A stretch of 64,000 bases of DNA from Rhina ancylostomus (GCA_030265395.1 JARFYF010000022.1:30533120-30597119), one strand, 5' to 3'. Counted from the stretch's first letter, positions 1 through 13,721 are shown. The notes: generated from the letters alone by a model not told the origin. Numbers and translations: made by a program.

Positions 1-240
1 CCTATCGTCCTGCAGCTCATTTTGTCTCACACATGCCCATCAACTCCCCATCGTTTTTTTTGGCATTAACCTACTGTGTGGGGTAATTTACCAACAGCAT
101 GTCTTTGGGATGCAGGAGGAAACAGGAGCACCCAAAGGGAGTTTGTGCAGTGATGAAGACAGCATGCAAACCACATACATACAAGCATCAAGTTCAGGAT
201 AAAACTTGGATCCCTGGAGTTGTGAGGCAGCAGCACTGTG
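1..240 (-). mobile_element. HE1/V-SINE-type tRNA-derived SINE, decayed
   Basis: The stretch gtctttgggatgcaggaggaaacaggagcaccc...gcaaaccacatac...ggatccctggagttgtgaggcagcagcact matches the reverse complement of the V-SINE head and core as I recall it. Confidence 0.75.
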
Positions 241-1239
241 AAAACAGTTCAATACATTTCCGATAGGTGAGCAGGCATGGCACCATGCATTGAACCACCA
301 AAGCCCCTCTTAAAAACAGTTTAATAGAATAGTAGTCAAAGAAATAAAATAGCATTATCCAAAGCATTACCAAAGCTATTCCACATCCTCTGAATGTTTC
401 ATGCATCTTTTTGGACATTTTAAAATCACAAGATCATTTCTCCCATCTGTAACATTAAGCAGATGTTGAAAATGTGAACATTCTGAACATTGATAAAACA
501 TTAATTTCCTTCACAAATATAATTTAACATGTGACAAAACTCCAAACACATTGAATTAGTTTCACGGAGTTAATTTGAATCTTAATTGTTTTGAAATTTG
601 GGCTATGTAGCACAATGGGATGAAAGAAGGATAAGCTTTTATCATCGTGCTCTGATTGATTAATATATACATACTGTAAAAGCTTATAATCCTACTTGGG
701 CCACTCATTAAACAACAATTAGTCATGTCACATGAACTGAGAGGCTCATACCTCCAGGCTCTATTAGTAACTACTGAGAAGTCACATTCCCTCAGGGAGA
801 CTGGAATTGCAGTCAATCTTAAAGAAAGGAGTGCCCCAAAGCACAGCAATACAGCAAGTCTTACTTTTGTTTCCTCAAGTAAAGAATTATTTGTTGATTT
901 TGGTGGAAATGTAATTTTTGGTATCTGTACTACCTGAATGGTATCTTTTTTTCTCTCAGGCATACTTCCATCTAAGGCATTTATCTAGTAAGATTGACAC
1001 AATTTGTCATTTTAACATGTACAGAGGTAAATGTTGAGAACGTGAGGTTAAGAGTCCAGTCTCCCGAGGGTAACTTCCAGCTTCAAATTCATTTCTAACT
1101 GGTCAGAGTTAAGAGACATTCTTTCTACGTTTCACTGATATGCCTCATTTACAAGTGGTGCCATAATGTTGCTGACTTGGGACAGTATCTCCGTGTCCCT
1201 TCCAATGCTAAAAACAATAGTACTGGTGGAGGTGGGGTG

Positions 1240-1480
1240 AGCCAAGCCGATTTCTGCTGCTCACATTACTTCCTGGCAGTCACAACAAGATAATAAATAT
1301 GAAATGGGAATTCCAGCTGATTTTTGCCCTCTCCCTGGCCCAAAGATGTTGAAGCCACTTGTAGGATTTATGCCCCTTGTGACTGTGATTAGTGATATGT
1401 CAGATCAAACCTTGGCTCTTCTTGATCTGTGTAGTTCAGCTCTGCTCTGAGCATTAGTTTTTATCAGGACAGCCAGGGAG
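1240..1480 (-). mobile_element. Old chondrichthyan SINE-like repeat (called family A here)
   Basis: The reverse complement shares the acaa(t/g)tggc(c/t)tca core and flanks with copies at about 34.4, 56.2 and 60.2 kb. Confidence 0.5.
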
Positions 1481-3129
1481 AAAGCTTCCAATAAAATAAT
1501 GTTGTAATTTATTTTAATATATTACATTTCTAATTGATTTTAAATATTTTTGATTGTCAGAGCTGTTCCGAAATATTTAAAGCCCTGACAGTTGTGAAAG
1601 CTAGCATAGCTGAGGTGAAGTTTAATCAGCTGTCAAAGGCTTCCAAAAGCATTTTCATGAGCAGGACTTCTTATGGCCCATCCACACCATTTCATGACAT
1701 TGGTCGAGGGCCTCCTGCTCAACTTCAACAGTGTATGGCTAAGCAACGTTGGCCTTCTGGTGTTAGGTAATATACAATCAGTGGAGTGGTGAGTAAGGAT
1801 GGTGAGCTTGTTTCAATCAGTCATAGTACTTTACTGCGCAGAAGCAAGTCATTTCATCTTCTCTGTCTGCGTCAACCATTTGTGCTCAACATGAGCCTCC
1901 CCCCCTTACAATGTCTGATCCTATCAACAAACATTCCCTTTTCCCCCCATGTATAGTCAGTTTTTCTTTAAATCTTCTTCACTATATGCTGCAATATACA
2001 GTAGCGTTCTATCATTTGTGCACTATTGTTCAATAGCATATAAATGAAAAGACTTCATTCAGTAGCAGTAACTCTCAGAGGCACCACTGGCTCAAGCCAA
2101 GAGTTACATTTTCTTTGCCAGGATCCTGGAGATTGAGGAGGCACAATATTACTGTGCTGTTTTTGCAATACTCTCTTCCTTGCATAAAAATCAAATAATT
2201 TCACACTGAATCTCTGCCACCTGTTTTGTATTGTAAAAAGTAAAACATTTTTCTGGCAACCTACCCAGTCAGGCTTTAGAGTATTACTTGGTAGCTTCAT
2301 TCACCCAGTGGAAAGACTGTCTACACACTGTCAATCATACTTTATTAGTCAACTGTAACACTCCAAATACCATGCTGACACATTTTATGTGGATGAGCTC
2401 TTTTCAGAGATAGAAAAATGAACATACCCAACAATAAGAAGCAAGCACCATGTCAAATTTTCTGGAAACCATACACATAGCCATTATTTCAGCTGCATGA
2501 CTCAAGCTAAGCAGCAGTTCCCATAACAAAAAGCCATTTTCAGCTAAAAAGGAGTCTTCTCTGCAATCTGCTTGAATGATTGTTGCCACTTGTCATTGTT
2601 CCTCAATACTGATACATCAGTACCAAAAACGGTTCACAGTATCTGCTCAGGCAATTTATGCACAGCGTTGTCAAATCAGCAATGTGATTGCAAAGAAGAC
2701 TAACAAATGGGTATAACTGAGAAGCGAGTGACAGTATAAAATATACAGTAAGCAGAAAAAGAATTACACCATGGGGTGTCGGCCTGCCGTCACAATGGTT
2801 ATTAAGATGATCATGTATTTGGGAGGTGCGAGCACTTGCTTTAAGATCACTATGGAAACATGCAATAAAGTTTGCAGTGTTATCAATAGTAGTAGAATAC
2901 AAAAAAATATAAATTCTGTATATGTGTGGATTACTTATACTCCTGCAGATTGAGAATTATTACATACAGCACCTAGATACATGTGCTTAAATAGCATTGC
3001 ATAACTTTACCTCTGCAGGTTTTGCAGTGCTTCATACATTTTCAGTACCCACATTGCTCCAGCAGTGCAGTATGTGTTATCTACATACACTTTGGTTAAG
3101 AACATCATTTACATCTTTCTTTGTTTGGG

Positions 3130-3620
3130 TGTTCAGAGGGGACTTGGGTCAGAATTAGGGAGGCTCAAGCTTAATTCCAAGACTTAAGCCCCACAGTCTA
3201 GGCTACACTGCAGTAAAACATTGCAGGACTGCTGCAAAGTCAGAGGTGCTGCCTTTCAGATGCAATGTTAAACAATACCTCTTATGCTTGTTCATGTGAA
3301 TATAAAATATTCCACAGCACTACTGAAAGANNNNNNNNNNNNNNNNNNNNNNNNNNNNNNNNNNNNNNNNNNNNNNNNNNNNNNNNNNNNNNNNNNNNNN
3401 NNNNNNNNNNNNNNNNNNNNNNNNNNNNNNGAAAGAACCAGTACCATTGTCAACTGGTATTCTCCCCACATAATTGTTTCTGAGACTGTGCTGCATGCAA
3501 ATTAATCGCCATGTCTGCCTACATAACAAGAATGACTACACTTTGAATGTAATTCATTGGCCGTGAAGCCCTCTGGAATAGTGAGGACATAAAATATGTT
3601 ATAAATAAAAGCAATTTTTC
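3130..3620 (+). mobile_element. Deu-domain SINE (SacSINE1-like), interrupted by an N gap
   Basis: Deu-like core gtcagaggtgctgcctttcagatgcaatgttaaac...tattccacagcactactgaaaga, and a 3' tail cattggccgtgaagccctctgg...ttataaataaaagc. Confidence 0.7.
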
Positions 3621-3819
3621 TTTCTACACCCACTAATTTTTTTGTTGGACATGTGTAGATTTCAAGTGCAGGATTTGAAAGCTGGTTAATTGGTCCAAGA
3701 TACACAGACATAATTCAGTCATAAATTCTGTGCTTATATTTATATGTTACAATAATTTTATATCGTTGTTACAGTAATGCAGCAAAACATATGGCAATTT
3801 GGGAAGCAGAGAAACAAGA

Positions 3820-4200
3820 GCAGTTGAAGGAAAGTAGTTTCCTTCTCTTTTCTCTGGAGAAACAAAGGCTGAGATGTGAACCTATAGAGGTCTTTAAAAT
3901 TACAGAAAGGTTTGATAGAGTGGATATAGATAGAATGTTTCCATTTGTGGGGAAGAGCATAACTAGAAACCATCAATCTAAGACAGTCACCAAGAAATCC
4001 AAGAGGGAATGGTGTAAATGTGGGAGTGGTATACATGAACTTATGGAAGCCTGGGCAAGCATGTGAGGGAGAAGGGAATAAAAGTTTCCTCTGACAGATT
4101 TAGATGGGAAAGACAGGAGACAGCTAGAGAGGAGTATTAACACTGTAATGGACTGAATAGGGCAATTTGTCTGTTTCTGTGTGTTATCCCATGTAGTCCT
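3820..4200 (+). mobile_element. CR1 LINE 3' end (ORF2 C-terminus plus 3' UTR)
   Basis: ORF 3791..4066 reads FSLEKQRLRCEPIEVFKITERFDRVDIDRMFPFVGKSITRNH, matching the CR1 motif FSLEKRRLRGDLIEVFKI...TRGH. Confidence 0.85.
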
Positions 4201-4329
4201 TTGTAATCGACTGCATCATAACAAAGCAGCCAGGACAGGCAAACGTGAGGTGCAATGGCAGAAGGGTGCAAGTCTACCATTATAATGTTGTATAATGGTT
4301 TCCATTATAAAAGCGAACATTTCTCTTTA

Positions 4330-5200
4330 TTTTTCCATGTGACGCTGGCATTACTAACAAGGCAAGCATTTAGAACAGTTCCAAATTGCCACAAGGAAGG
4401 CACCTCCTTGACGACTTCAGAGCTTTGACTCGATAATTTGATCATGGGCTATGACTACAATTTCCTGCTACTGCCATTAGCACACAAGAAGACCTACATC
4501 ATAAGTTCACCAGGTTAGTAGCTCACTTTTAGGTGCAACTTCTGGAATACTCTTTCCTAGATGTATTTCTCAATGAATTAGGATTGATTCCCTGACTTAA
4601 CGGAAATAATGTTGTGGCGGATTATGGTCAAATATACTTCTGTTGGTGCTGCTAGCTCACATTGTTACATGAATGGCCACCTTTACACTGCAAGATCTGT
4701 TCTGAACCCATCTCATATTACCATGGTGGTAATGTCACGCAACACAACGCAGAGTTCTTTGATGTAAAAATTGGACAACAACTGCACATCAAACAGTGGT
4801 GTCATGCATAAATGCATCTGCATGATAGGAATGTTCAAGGAGGTCGAGTAGTAACATTGGTCCACTCACTACCTACCACATGCTCATTATGGCTGTTATG
4901 TCCTGCTGGACTCTGCCAGCTTGGTGAAAGGTGATGCTCTCAGTGCATCTTCCAAGCAGTTTTCAGTATGATGGAGTACTGATTCAATAGCTGGTTGGGT
5001 GGTAGGTGGTAATCAGCAGGAGGCTATCTTGTCTGCGTTTGACTTAATGCCTTAGAACACATGTTGTCTAGAATCAACCTGACTGACTCCCAGAGCCAGT
5101 CCCACCTAAATGCATACCATTATTGCAAAGTCCAAAGTGCCTGTCCTACTAGTGGGATGCCACCCTGCTGGAGGAGATTTGGGTTGTTTTCCAGCTGTAA
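4330..5200 (-). mobile_element. Decayed CR1-group LINE fragment (shark-type)
   Basis: Starts with catgtgacgctggcattactaacaaggcaagcattt...ccaaattgcc, resembling the reversed 3' end of a common shark LINE. Decayed LINE-like sequence follows. Confidence 0.5.
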
Positions 5201-5869
5201 GAACTTACAATGAATGAAGTTGATACAAAGTGTGACAAAGATCTACCAACAAGGACTAAAATTTTATAGACTGGAATTATCCTTAGATGTAAGGTTACTA
5301 ACTTATAATACTAGTTGATCTCCTGTGATACTGAACAAGAAAAATTAATTCCTTATGTATTTTTGGGTAACCAAAATTAGAGGCCAGAGGATAATTTAAC
5401 CAGGATATACACACATATTTCAGTCTCCACTTCAAACTGATCTACTGCTCATAATTTTGTACTTCTCCATTTGCAGTTCTTTGACGGTACCATTGCATTG
5501 TAAGAAGTTTACATAGGTTGTTTCCAATAGAACGTTAAACATAGGAGTTTTATAAACGGTTCACAAGNNNNNNNNNNNNNNNNNNNNNNNNNNNNNNNNN
5601 NNNNNNNNNNNNNNNNNNNNNNNNNNNNNNNNNNNNNNNNNNNNNNNNNNNNNNNNNNNNNNNNNNNCACAAGAAGTGTGCACAGATGTAAGATTTGTCA
5701 TATGTTCTAGATAAATATTGATGAGATAGTGCTGTTTATATTTATGATACTCCTAGAAGTTAACAGTATTATATCCCATACTCATACAGCCCAAGCTGTG
5801 TTCCAGCATTAGTGTCCCATAAAAATTTAACAGCATGAGGTATGTAATGAATTCAATTGCTTTATTATT

Positions 5870-6270
5870 AGCTATTTTAAAGAAACACTAGCATTTATAT
5901 AGCACCTTTCATGATATTAGGTGGCCCCAAAGCACTTTATAGTCAGTAAGTACTTTAAGGGGCTCTCTTGTAATGTGAGGAAACGCAAAAGGCAATGTGC
6001 ACATAAAAATGTCCCACATGTAGCAAAGAAATCATGACTACATAATCTGTTTTAGTGATTGAGAGATGAACATAAGACAGACTCTCTTCTCCAAAATTGT
6101 GGTATATTTTATGCTTATATAAGAGGGCCATGATTTAACACTGCACCTGAAAGATGGCATTTCTGAAAAAACATCACTCAGTCAGAATCACAATGAAATG
6201 CCAGCTGAGACTGCACTCAAGTTATGAAGTAGAATGTGAATTCAAAACTCTCTGACAAGTAACTTACATT
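5870..6270 (-). mobile_element. Deu-domain SINE
   Basis: Reversed tail catttatatagcacctttcatg...cccaaagcacttt and reversed core tttaacactgcacctgaaagatggcatttctga. It is the reverse complement of the 3.1 kb copy. Confidence 0.7.
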
Positions 6271-8649
6271 TTTTTGTTATATTATTAAAAACTAGGTTCA
6301 TGAAACATTGAAGATGGGATCAGTATGCTGCTACAATTTGAATTCAAAATAAAATATTCTTGTAGAAACGTAAAAAGCACATCCTAACTTTAAAGCAGTT
6401 GCCTTATCACTGTAGCTTTAGCATAGCATTTCAATAAGATATACCAATGAAGATTAATATGTCACATCTTTATAAAGCTGTGGGTGCAGCTACGACTTCT
6501 ATGGATTTAGTCAGTGGTATAATCAAACTATGTTTGAAAAAAGGCCTTCAGTCTTTTAGAATCCAACTTTTTAAATGCTACTTTTACAATCATTACTATT
6601 TCAAACTGTCAGAATGTTGTTCTTGTGTGTACTAATTTCTATTTTTGATAAACATATATATCTCAATATCATTTTAGTTTTAATTGTAAGTGAAATTATC
6701 TTCACTTTTTTTTAAGGAGTAGGTGAGCTGTTTAAAGTTTTCAAGATTATTTTGCTTAGTTAAGTTAAAACCAACGGAAAATCCAAGATGAATGATTTTG
6801 CACTTCCCAAATGAATTTCAGTCTTACAATTTATATTTTTTCTGGTACATTCATTTTATCAAAAATGTAATTCCTTTCTTAATATTCAGAATATTAATTC
6901 TAATATTAAAATCATTTTAGAATTTTATTGGTACACTGAACAGGAAAATAAGGAAAAGACAGCATTGTCTTTACAGTTGAAACAGATGCACAAAATCAAA
7001 TTGTATCGGACAAACAAAGCTTATTGGGTTTAGAACTTGGCAAATTAATTGGTTAGAAGTGAATTTACAATCATTTTACTATGTTGGATTTTGCCTATCA
7101 AAAACTACAACAAAATAATCTTTATCCTGATCTGATGAATTAATGATATCACTCTGGGATGATTAATTATTTTTAAATTGTTCCTGCCTTTCACACTGAG
7201 TTTGATGAGCATGATTCTAAATATTCCACTACACCTGTCTTATATTTTAAAGTGGCTGCCATCAATAATTACAGCAGCCTCCTTGATCATTGTTAAGTAC
7301 TTTAAGAAGTTTCACATTTAGAGGGTGCCAACCATCATGAAAATAACTTCACTCTCTTCGGGCAGCAGCAGGGCAGGAAGAGCTAGAAACAGCAGAAATT
7401 ACAAGCATTACCTTGACATTGCTCTTTATNNNNNNNNNNNNNNNNNNNNNNNNNNNNNNNNNNNNNNNNNNNNNNNNNNNNNNNNNNNNNNNNNNNNNNN
7501 NNNNNNNNNNNNNNNNNNNNNNNNNNNNNNNNNNNNNNNNNNNNNNNNNNNNNNNNNNNNNNNNNNNNNNNNNNNNNNNNNNNNNNNNNNNNNNNNNNNN
7601 NNNNNNNNNNNNNNNNNNNNNNNNNNNNNNNNNNNNNNNNNNNNNNNNNNNNNNNNNNNNNNNNNNNNNNNNNNNNNNNNNNNNNNNNNNNNNNNNNNNN
7701 NNNNNNNNNNNNNNNNNNNNNNNNNNNNNNNNNNNNNNNNNNNNNNNNNNNNNNNNNNNNNNNNNNNNNNNNNNNNNTTACATTTAATGCTGTATTACTT
7801 GCTACAGCCACAATGACCCATTCAGGCAACAATCTGGAGTTGATAAATGGACCACTTGACATGCTCCTCTTTTTTTTTATCTTAGGACTCCTCACTGTTG
7901 ATCTTAACAAGAGAATAATTCCTCCCTTACCTTCTGCATGTGGAAGTTTCTGCTGCAACACAGACTGCCAGTTCAGCATTCAGTGATGGATGAGCAGAAA
8001 TTAACTCCTGCTAAATAATTGTAACAACAAGGCAATTGTCCAGTTCCAGTCACAACCTCTATTTTCTAAACATCAAGTCCATCCTTGTCCATGGCAAACA
8101 TCTGAGGGTGAATCAGACAGAGGTATCTACTTTATGTGGCTTAGTGCTATTTTTGTATAATGGTGCTCCAAAGGAATGTCTTAATATCAAAAGGTGTTAT
8201 ACCAATGCAGGTTGTCATTATGCTGGGATGGACAGAGTTCATGTTTATACTACAGTTCACAGGTGCACTTTCTAACTGATATCATCAAATGGCAGTCAGC
8301 AGTTATAACTAAATCCAATGAATAGATGATCAAAACTTCAGTCCCCTTTGTGTGATTTACAATAGATTATTAATCAAATATGCTTCTTTCTAATCCAGCA
8401 GTTTTCAGGTAAGGTTTATCGTAACTTGGAGTCATCTTGGCTATAATTTCAACTGTAGGAGGATTTTGGGCAGATGGCAATCAAGCCTAGGCTAAGTTAC
8501 CACCAGAACACTACCGAGAGAAGCAGGAAATAGCTGCAGCTTCAGGAAATTAGATGGTTTATGTAGTGAATGGATAGATGTGATGAGGGAGGCTCAAGGT
8601 CACCAGACCCTGATTCAGATAAAGAGCCCAAGTATCAATACAAGAACAG

Positions 8650-9045
8650 ACAAGAACACATGTAAATAGGAGCAGGAGTGGGGCACCAGGCGCCTCACCT
8701 GCCCCGCCATTCAGTACGATCATGGCTGATCCATGTTAACCTCAACTCTNNNNNNNNNNNNNNNNNNNNNNNNNNNNNNNNNNNNNNNNNNNCATATATT
8801 TATCTGTCTCTTTGTTAAATGTATCTAATGATCTGGCCAAGAGTTCCAGAGATTTGCTACCTTCTGAGAGAAAATCTCTCTATGCACCTCAGTTTTAAAC
8901 AACCATCCTCTTATCTCTTGTAACTATGTTCCCTTGTTCACAACTCTTCCATTAGGGAAAATATCTCACCTACCCTGTCAATTTCCCTTAGGATCTTGTA
9001 TGTTTCAATAAGGTCACCCTTCATTCTTCTAAACTCAAATCTGTC
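8650..9045 (-). mobile_element. CR1 LINE 3' end
   Basis: aataggagcaggagt...ccgccattcagtacgatcatggctgatc and tttcaataaggtcacccttcattcttctaaactc, which is the reverse of the SLE.RR.RGDLIE coding segment. Confidence 0.8.
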
Positions 9046-9112
9046 TAGTCTCTCTGTCTACTTGTTAACATCCCATTTCTCTTCTAACTGGTTCCTATCG
9101 GCACAATAATTG

Positions 9113-9270
9113 AAGACACAAGACAATGCAGATGCTGGAACATGGAGCAAAAAACAAACTGCTGGAGGAATTTAGCAGGTTGAGCACCCTGCAGCTCTCA
9201 ACCCGAAATTCTTCTCCCCATAGAGATGCTGCTTGACCCACTGAGTTCTTCCTGCAGTTTGTTCTTGCTC
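9113..9270. mobile_element. Palindromic Penelope-type non-autonomous repeat
   Basis: Inverted arms gagcaaaaaacaaactgctggaggaatttagcaggttgagca and tgcttgacccactgagttcttcctgcagtttgttcttgctc, with a central acccgaaa remnant. Confidence 0.65.
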
Positions 9271-9639
9271 TAAGCCTTGGTCATTACCTAGCTCAGGCCC
9301 GAGGCAATTTTGCTGCCAGGACCATTTGTAATCATTGTGGCCCAATTTGAATATTTATCAAAGGGTTATACGAGTTTAAAATAATTGCAGTGAATGCCTG
9401 AACAGATTAAAATCGATAGCATTGGAAATTAGGTGCCAAATCTGTACCCAAGTAATCTGGGGCATTTTAACAATCCATTCATTAGTGGACACAATTAAAA
9501 TTTCTCCCTTATATCAGTCAATATGAAGAGAAGCCAAAAAGTACCCATTGAACTGCTTTGAAAATGAAATTGTTTCATCCTCAAAAAAAACTGAAACAAA
9601 ATTGTAAGTGCATTGTTTATAACCAGAGGGCATTGGGAT

Positions 9640-9885
9640 AAAAGGATTAGAAGGAAGATGAGGTTTTTTTCCACCCAGAGAATGGCAGGGGCCTAGATCT
9701 AATTGCCTGCAAGGACTGTACAGGCAGAAAATCTCATCATATTTATAGATCACTTGGATGTGCTCTTAGAGACCTGTGCCTATAGTCCTAGTGCCAAAAG
9801 GTGAGATTAGGTTGGTAGCACTTTCTATGTCATTTAAAAAAGGGTTGATTGGCCTCCTTCTGATTGCAAATATTCCACGATACTA
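9640..9885 (+). mobile_element. CR1 3' fragment
   Basis: ttttttccacccagagaatggcaggggcctagatctaattgcctgcaagg resembles CR1 FF.QRVV..WN.LP, followed by a ggcctccttctg tail. Confidence 0.55.
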
Positions 9886-12779
9886 TGAACCTAGATCACA
9901 AAGTGGTATAGATGTAAAAGGCAAATATTAATTATCCTTTTGAATCATGCTCCATGAAAGCACGTCAAATCACCTTGTCTGTTCTGCTCTACGATCTAGC
10001 AGCCTTTACAATCTATCAGCAGTCTCATGAACCCATCATCAGCCTTGTTAATTCATCAGCAATTTCCTTTGGCAAATGTGGTCAAAATATACAACCACCA
10101 CCACCACAGACCAAAACAACTGTATATGCAAGATGTCAAGTTTTCCTACACCCTTTCTCTCAATGAGGTAATGTTGACTCACTGAAGTTGCAAAGGCAAG
10201 GAGAAAAAAAGCGAATTAGGTGTCAAATCATGTTGCCAATAACTCCCTGGTTTGTGATTTACTGCTAGCTGACAGCTTTGCTGTTGTAATATGACTTGTT
10301 TCTACTATTGAGGGCAATCAAATTGTCACCCACTGCAGTGAAAGTGTACAATTTTTGATCAACGCTGTGTGAAAAAAAATCAGTAAAATGACAAACCAGG
10401 CTCAGGCTCAGGCTCAAAAGTAAAGTCATAATTACAGTTATTTAATTAGTACCCAGCAAACAAGGGTCAGGAAAACTTATGATTACAGTTATTTGATTAA
10501 AGCCAAGAAACTTGAAGGCACACGAACACAGGATTTAGAATTGGTAAATCCCTTGAACCAGCATCATCCATCTTTTATTGTTCTATATTTAATTACTATT
10601 GTCATCTTTTTTAGATTGGTAGTTCATCTCTTTGGACTTTTCCAAGGATAGCTTATTACTATATTCCTGCCAATAGTGTAATGGAATCACTTTGTACAAG
10701 AAACAATGTAGAGTTGGCCCCAAATGATAATAAGAATTTGCCATTTTAGCCTTGTTGGACATAATTCTTATTATAACATGCCACACTGTACGGATGGCAG
10801 AAAGTACTGCATCTTGGCTTGTTTGGTTGACTTTTATTTAGTTTAACTTTGTTTCCTTGCCAATCTTTGTCTGGAATAGTTGCTCACTACTCTCAGGTGA
10901 ATAGAAATTTTGCAAACAAAATTAAAGAACTTAAAATTCTGAAAATCACATTTAGACATTAATAAATACAGCTCTTTATGTTCATTGCCTACTCAACTGA
11001 TGAGCACTAAGACTTGAATGTTCTTCACAGGATTGCTATGTTGTATCTGCTGATGAAGACTAAAGCATGAATATGAGGCAGAATATTGCAGAACATAAAG
11101 TGCGACCTGATGGAGCCACAAAGCAGCTGCTCATGTGAAATAAGTAAAAACACTTGTAGCATTGCCACTGAATTTTAATACAGAAAACCTCTATAAACTT
11201 TTATTTTCTCTTGCACTACCAACACCACTAAGATTGTGCAGATTGTGCCACAAAACTAAATAGTTCTATTGCCAACTCTTGACCTACATGGGATATAAGA
11301 TTGTACATCCAATAGAATAATAACATTTAAGCCTATTCGTAATAGATCTTTTGCACTGAGTACCACCTCAACGTTACACCTTCTACATTGAGTGTATTCA
11401 GAAATTTATGATACATGGGCTATCAATTGATCATCTGTGGATGCTTAAATGATTATTAAAGATAATTTATGATAAATCAATTGAGATCCTAAAGTTAGGA
11501 ATATACACTACATATTTTATCAAAACTAGCTTTATGAATTACCTATTTTGAAACTATTTTTAAAAAAAGAAAAGAAAAACAGAGTTATAGTATGTCAGTA
11601 TATTGCCAAGCAATATAAAACGAGACCGTTAAAACCACCATTATAAAAACAGAAATACAAACAAGTTGAGACAAGCTGAGAATTCATAAGGCTAAGTTAA
11701 TGTAGGGTCTAAAAATATAATCTTGGTTTGAACTTCTTTTCATGCTGTGGAAAAATGTTGGGTACAATAGTGTGCTGTCAGAGGAACAATGTTTACATTG
11801 ACAGGGGTTGGAGGGCTGAGTGCAGTGTATGAAAGCACAGGTTGTTCCCTCTCGAGCAAAATTTTCCTGAGTGAAAACCTGTGGCTCGCACACAGTTGAG
11901 ACACAGTCTTTATACAGGCGGTGTGTAAAAACAGTCACTTGCCATAGTTTAACTTTCCATGATTTATAGTGCACTTCGTTTTTTTTGCCTGTCAAAAGAT
12001 GAGTTTGAACCTCATCTGTAACCCTGTCCTGGGGCCTATTACTGATAAGACAAGCTTTACTAATGGTTCATTGGGGAAACATTTTAAGTGATAGAGTATT
12101 AATAGTGATCATTACATAAGCCCCCAAAAGGAGTTAACACACTCAGAGAAATCAAAAAGTTAATTGAAAACTGAAATGCTGATATTAAAAATAAAAGGAT
12201 GGTAAGAATTTCTAGACAAGAGAAAAATTATGGGCGAATATCAATGATATATAATAAAAAAAGTTTTTTTTGTAATAAAATCTCAGAGTAATTATATGCA
12301 AATGCTGAGAAAAGTTGCTTTTTAATTTCTTGAAATCTGGTACAATTAATTCTTTTGATCCATTGTATCTCCGCAAGGATTCCTAATTAGATGGACTCCG
12401 TTACTTAAAAGACAAGAAGGAAATCAGATCTCAAAATGACTTGGCGATAATTGGGTAAGGGATACTATAGCTTTAAGCACAGCATAGCAGAATGCCTATC
12501 AGCAAGGCAGCAGTAAATGTTACCGTGATATTAAATTACCTGAGACTAAGTTCAACTTAGAACTGATTGCATTCATGAATGTCAGTCATCTCGGAACCAG
12601 AAACGTCTTCCCATAACACAGCAAATTTCTTCAAAATTCTGGAACTATTGTACAATTCAAATCAATCAATTTTAAGATTTAGTATTGAAAAAACAAAAAA
12701 TTCTCTTGGAGTTTTTGCTTAAACATTTAAGTAGCAACTGACAGATTAGCCCAATTGACTGATTAACAGACAGACAAGC

Positions 12780-13500
12780 TGCCTACCGAGTAACTACGGT
12801 TCACTCACATAGAGTCGTCGTTCTTCCACTTTCCTTTTCTACTTTGGCCTATTGTAGCATCCAGGACTTCACAACTTGACGGCATAACATCTCAGGGTCG
12901 TCTCGCCTAACTTATGAATCACTGTAAGCCATTGTCACCATTGTCGAACACTGCTTGAATCGATTGAAATAAAAACCCCAAAATCTCTTGTGTTCATCCA
13001 CAGAAAAGAAAAAAACGAGGAAAAAGGATAAAGTCGTTCAAGGCCCTTTTTATCAATAAAAAGTTGCCCTTCCTCCTCACCAAATAAAAGAAAGGTATAA
13101 TTAGTCTAAGGGTGAATAAGTGGCAAATCTTTCGGAAGAGTCAGTGCCTAACGTGGCTTCTGCCACTGCTGCCTTAGTTAAGCAAACTTTACAGCCAATC
13201 GAGCCATNNNNNNNNNNNNNNNNNNNNNNNNNNNNNNNNNNNNNNNNNNNNNNNNNNNNNNNNNNNNNNNNNNNNNNNNNNNNNNNNNNNNNNNNNNNNN
13301 NNNNNNNNNNNNNNNNNNNNNNNNNNNNNNNNNNNNNNNNNNNNNNNNNNNNNNNNNNNNNNNNNNNNNNNNNNNNNNNNNNNNNNNAGCGAGCTAAGAA
13401 ATATCCTGAAATGCAAGAGTTCCTGGGAAGCCGGAGGTGTAACGAGGAGGTTTTCAGTCTCATCAAAAGTTGATGCTGTGAAAGGGGCTCTGTTACCTTT
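12780..13500 (-). promoter_or_regulatory. Putative promoter / CpG-enriched first-exon region
   Basis: Roughly 18 CpGs counted by eye in about 540 called bases, against a CpG-poor background. CCAAT box (agccaatc) near 13193 and TTCCTGGGAA near 13420. A 180-nt N gap lies in the middle. Confidence 0.5.
12809..12885 (-). CDS. Candidate first coding exon of an unidentified gene: MPSSCEVLDATIGQSRKGKWKNDDS, phase-2 intron
   Basis: ATG at 12885 is open to the donor CTCTAT|GTGAGT at 12809/12808, inside a locally CpG-enriched patch. It could instead be a 5' UTR exon with uORFs. Confidence 0.4.
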
Positions 13501-13600
13501 CGGTATTCTCAGTTTTGACTGGATGGGTAGCTGTTTCACCTTCAGATCAAAACATTTTAGGTTCAAATTCCATTCTCAAGATCCAAGTTCCTGATTTATA

Positions 13601-13721
13601 CTAGTCCAAAAGAAATTTGGCTTGTCCCCTTTGACCCTCACTAATTTTTATCGATGCACAATAAAAAGCATCCTGTCCGGATGCATCATGGCTTGGTATG
13701 GCAACTACTCTGCCCGGGACT
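13601..13721 (+). mobile_element. Rex1/Babar LINE RT C-terminal fragment
   Basis: Translates KKFGLSPLTLTNFYRCTIKSILSGCIMAWYGNYSARD, the typical Rex1/Babar motif FYRCTIESIL.GCI..WYGN. Confidence 0.85.

Noticed and set aside
5199-5330. Minus-strand segment between an acceptor-like site and a gtaagt donor
   Set aside because: Stops in all three frames and no other support.
3265-13566. Long ORFs in the track at about 3.3, 7.3-8.0 and 13.1-13.6 kb
   Set aside because: They stay open only because they run through N gaps.
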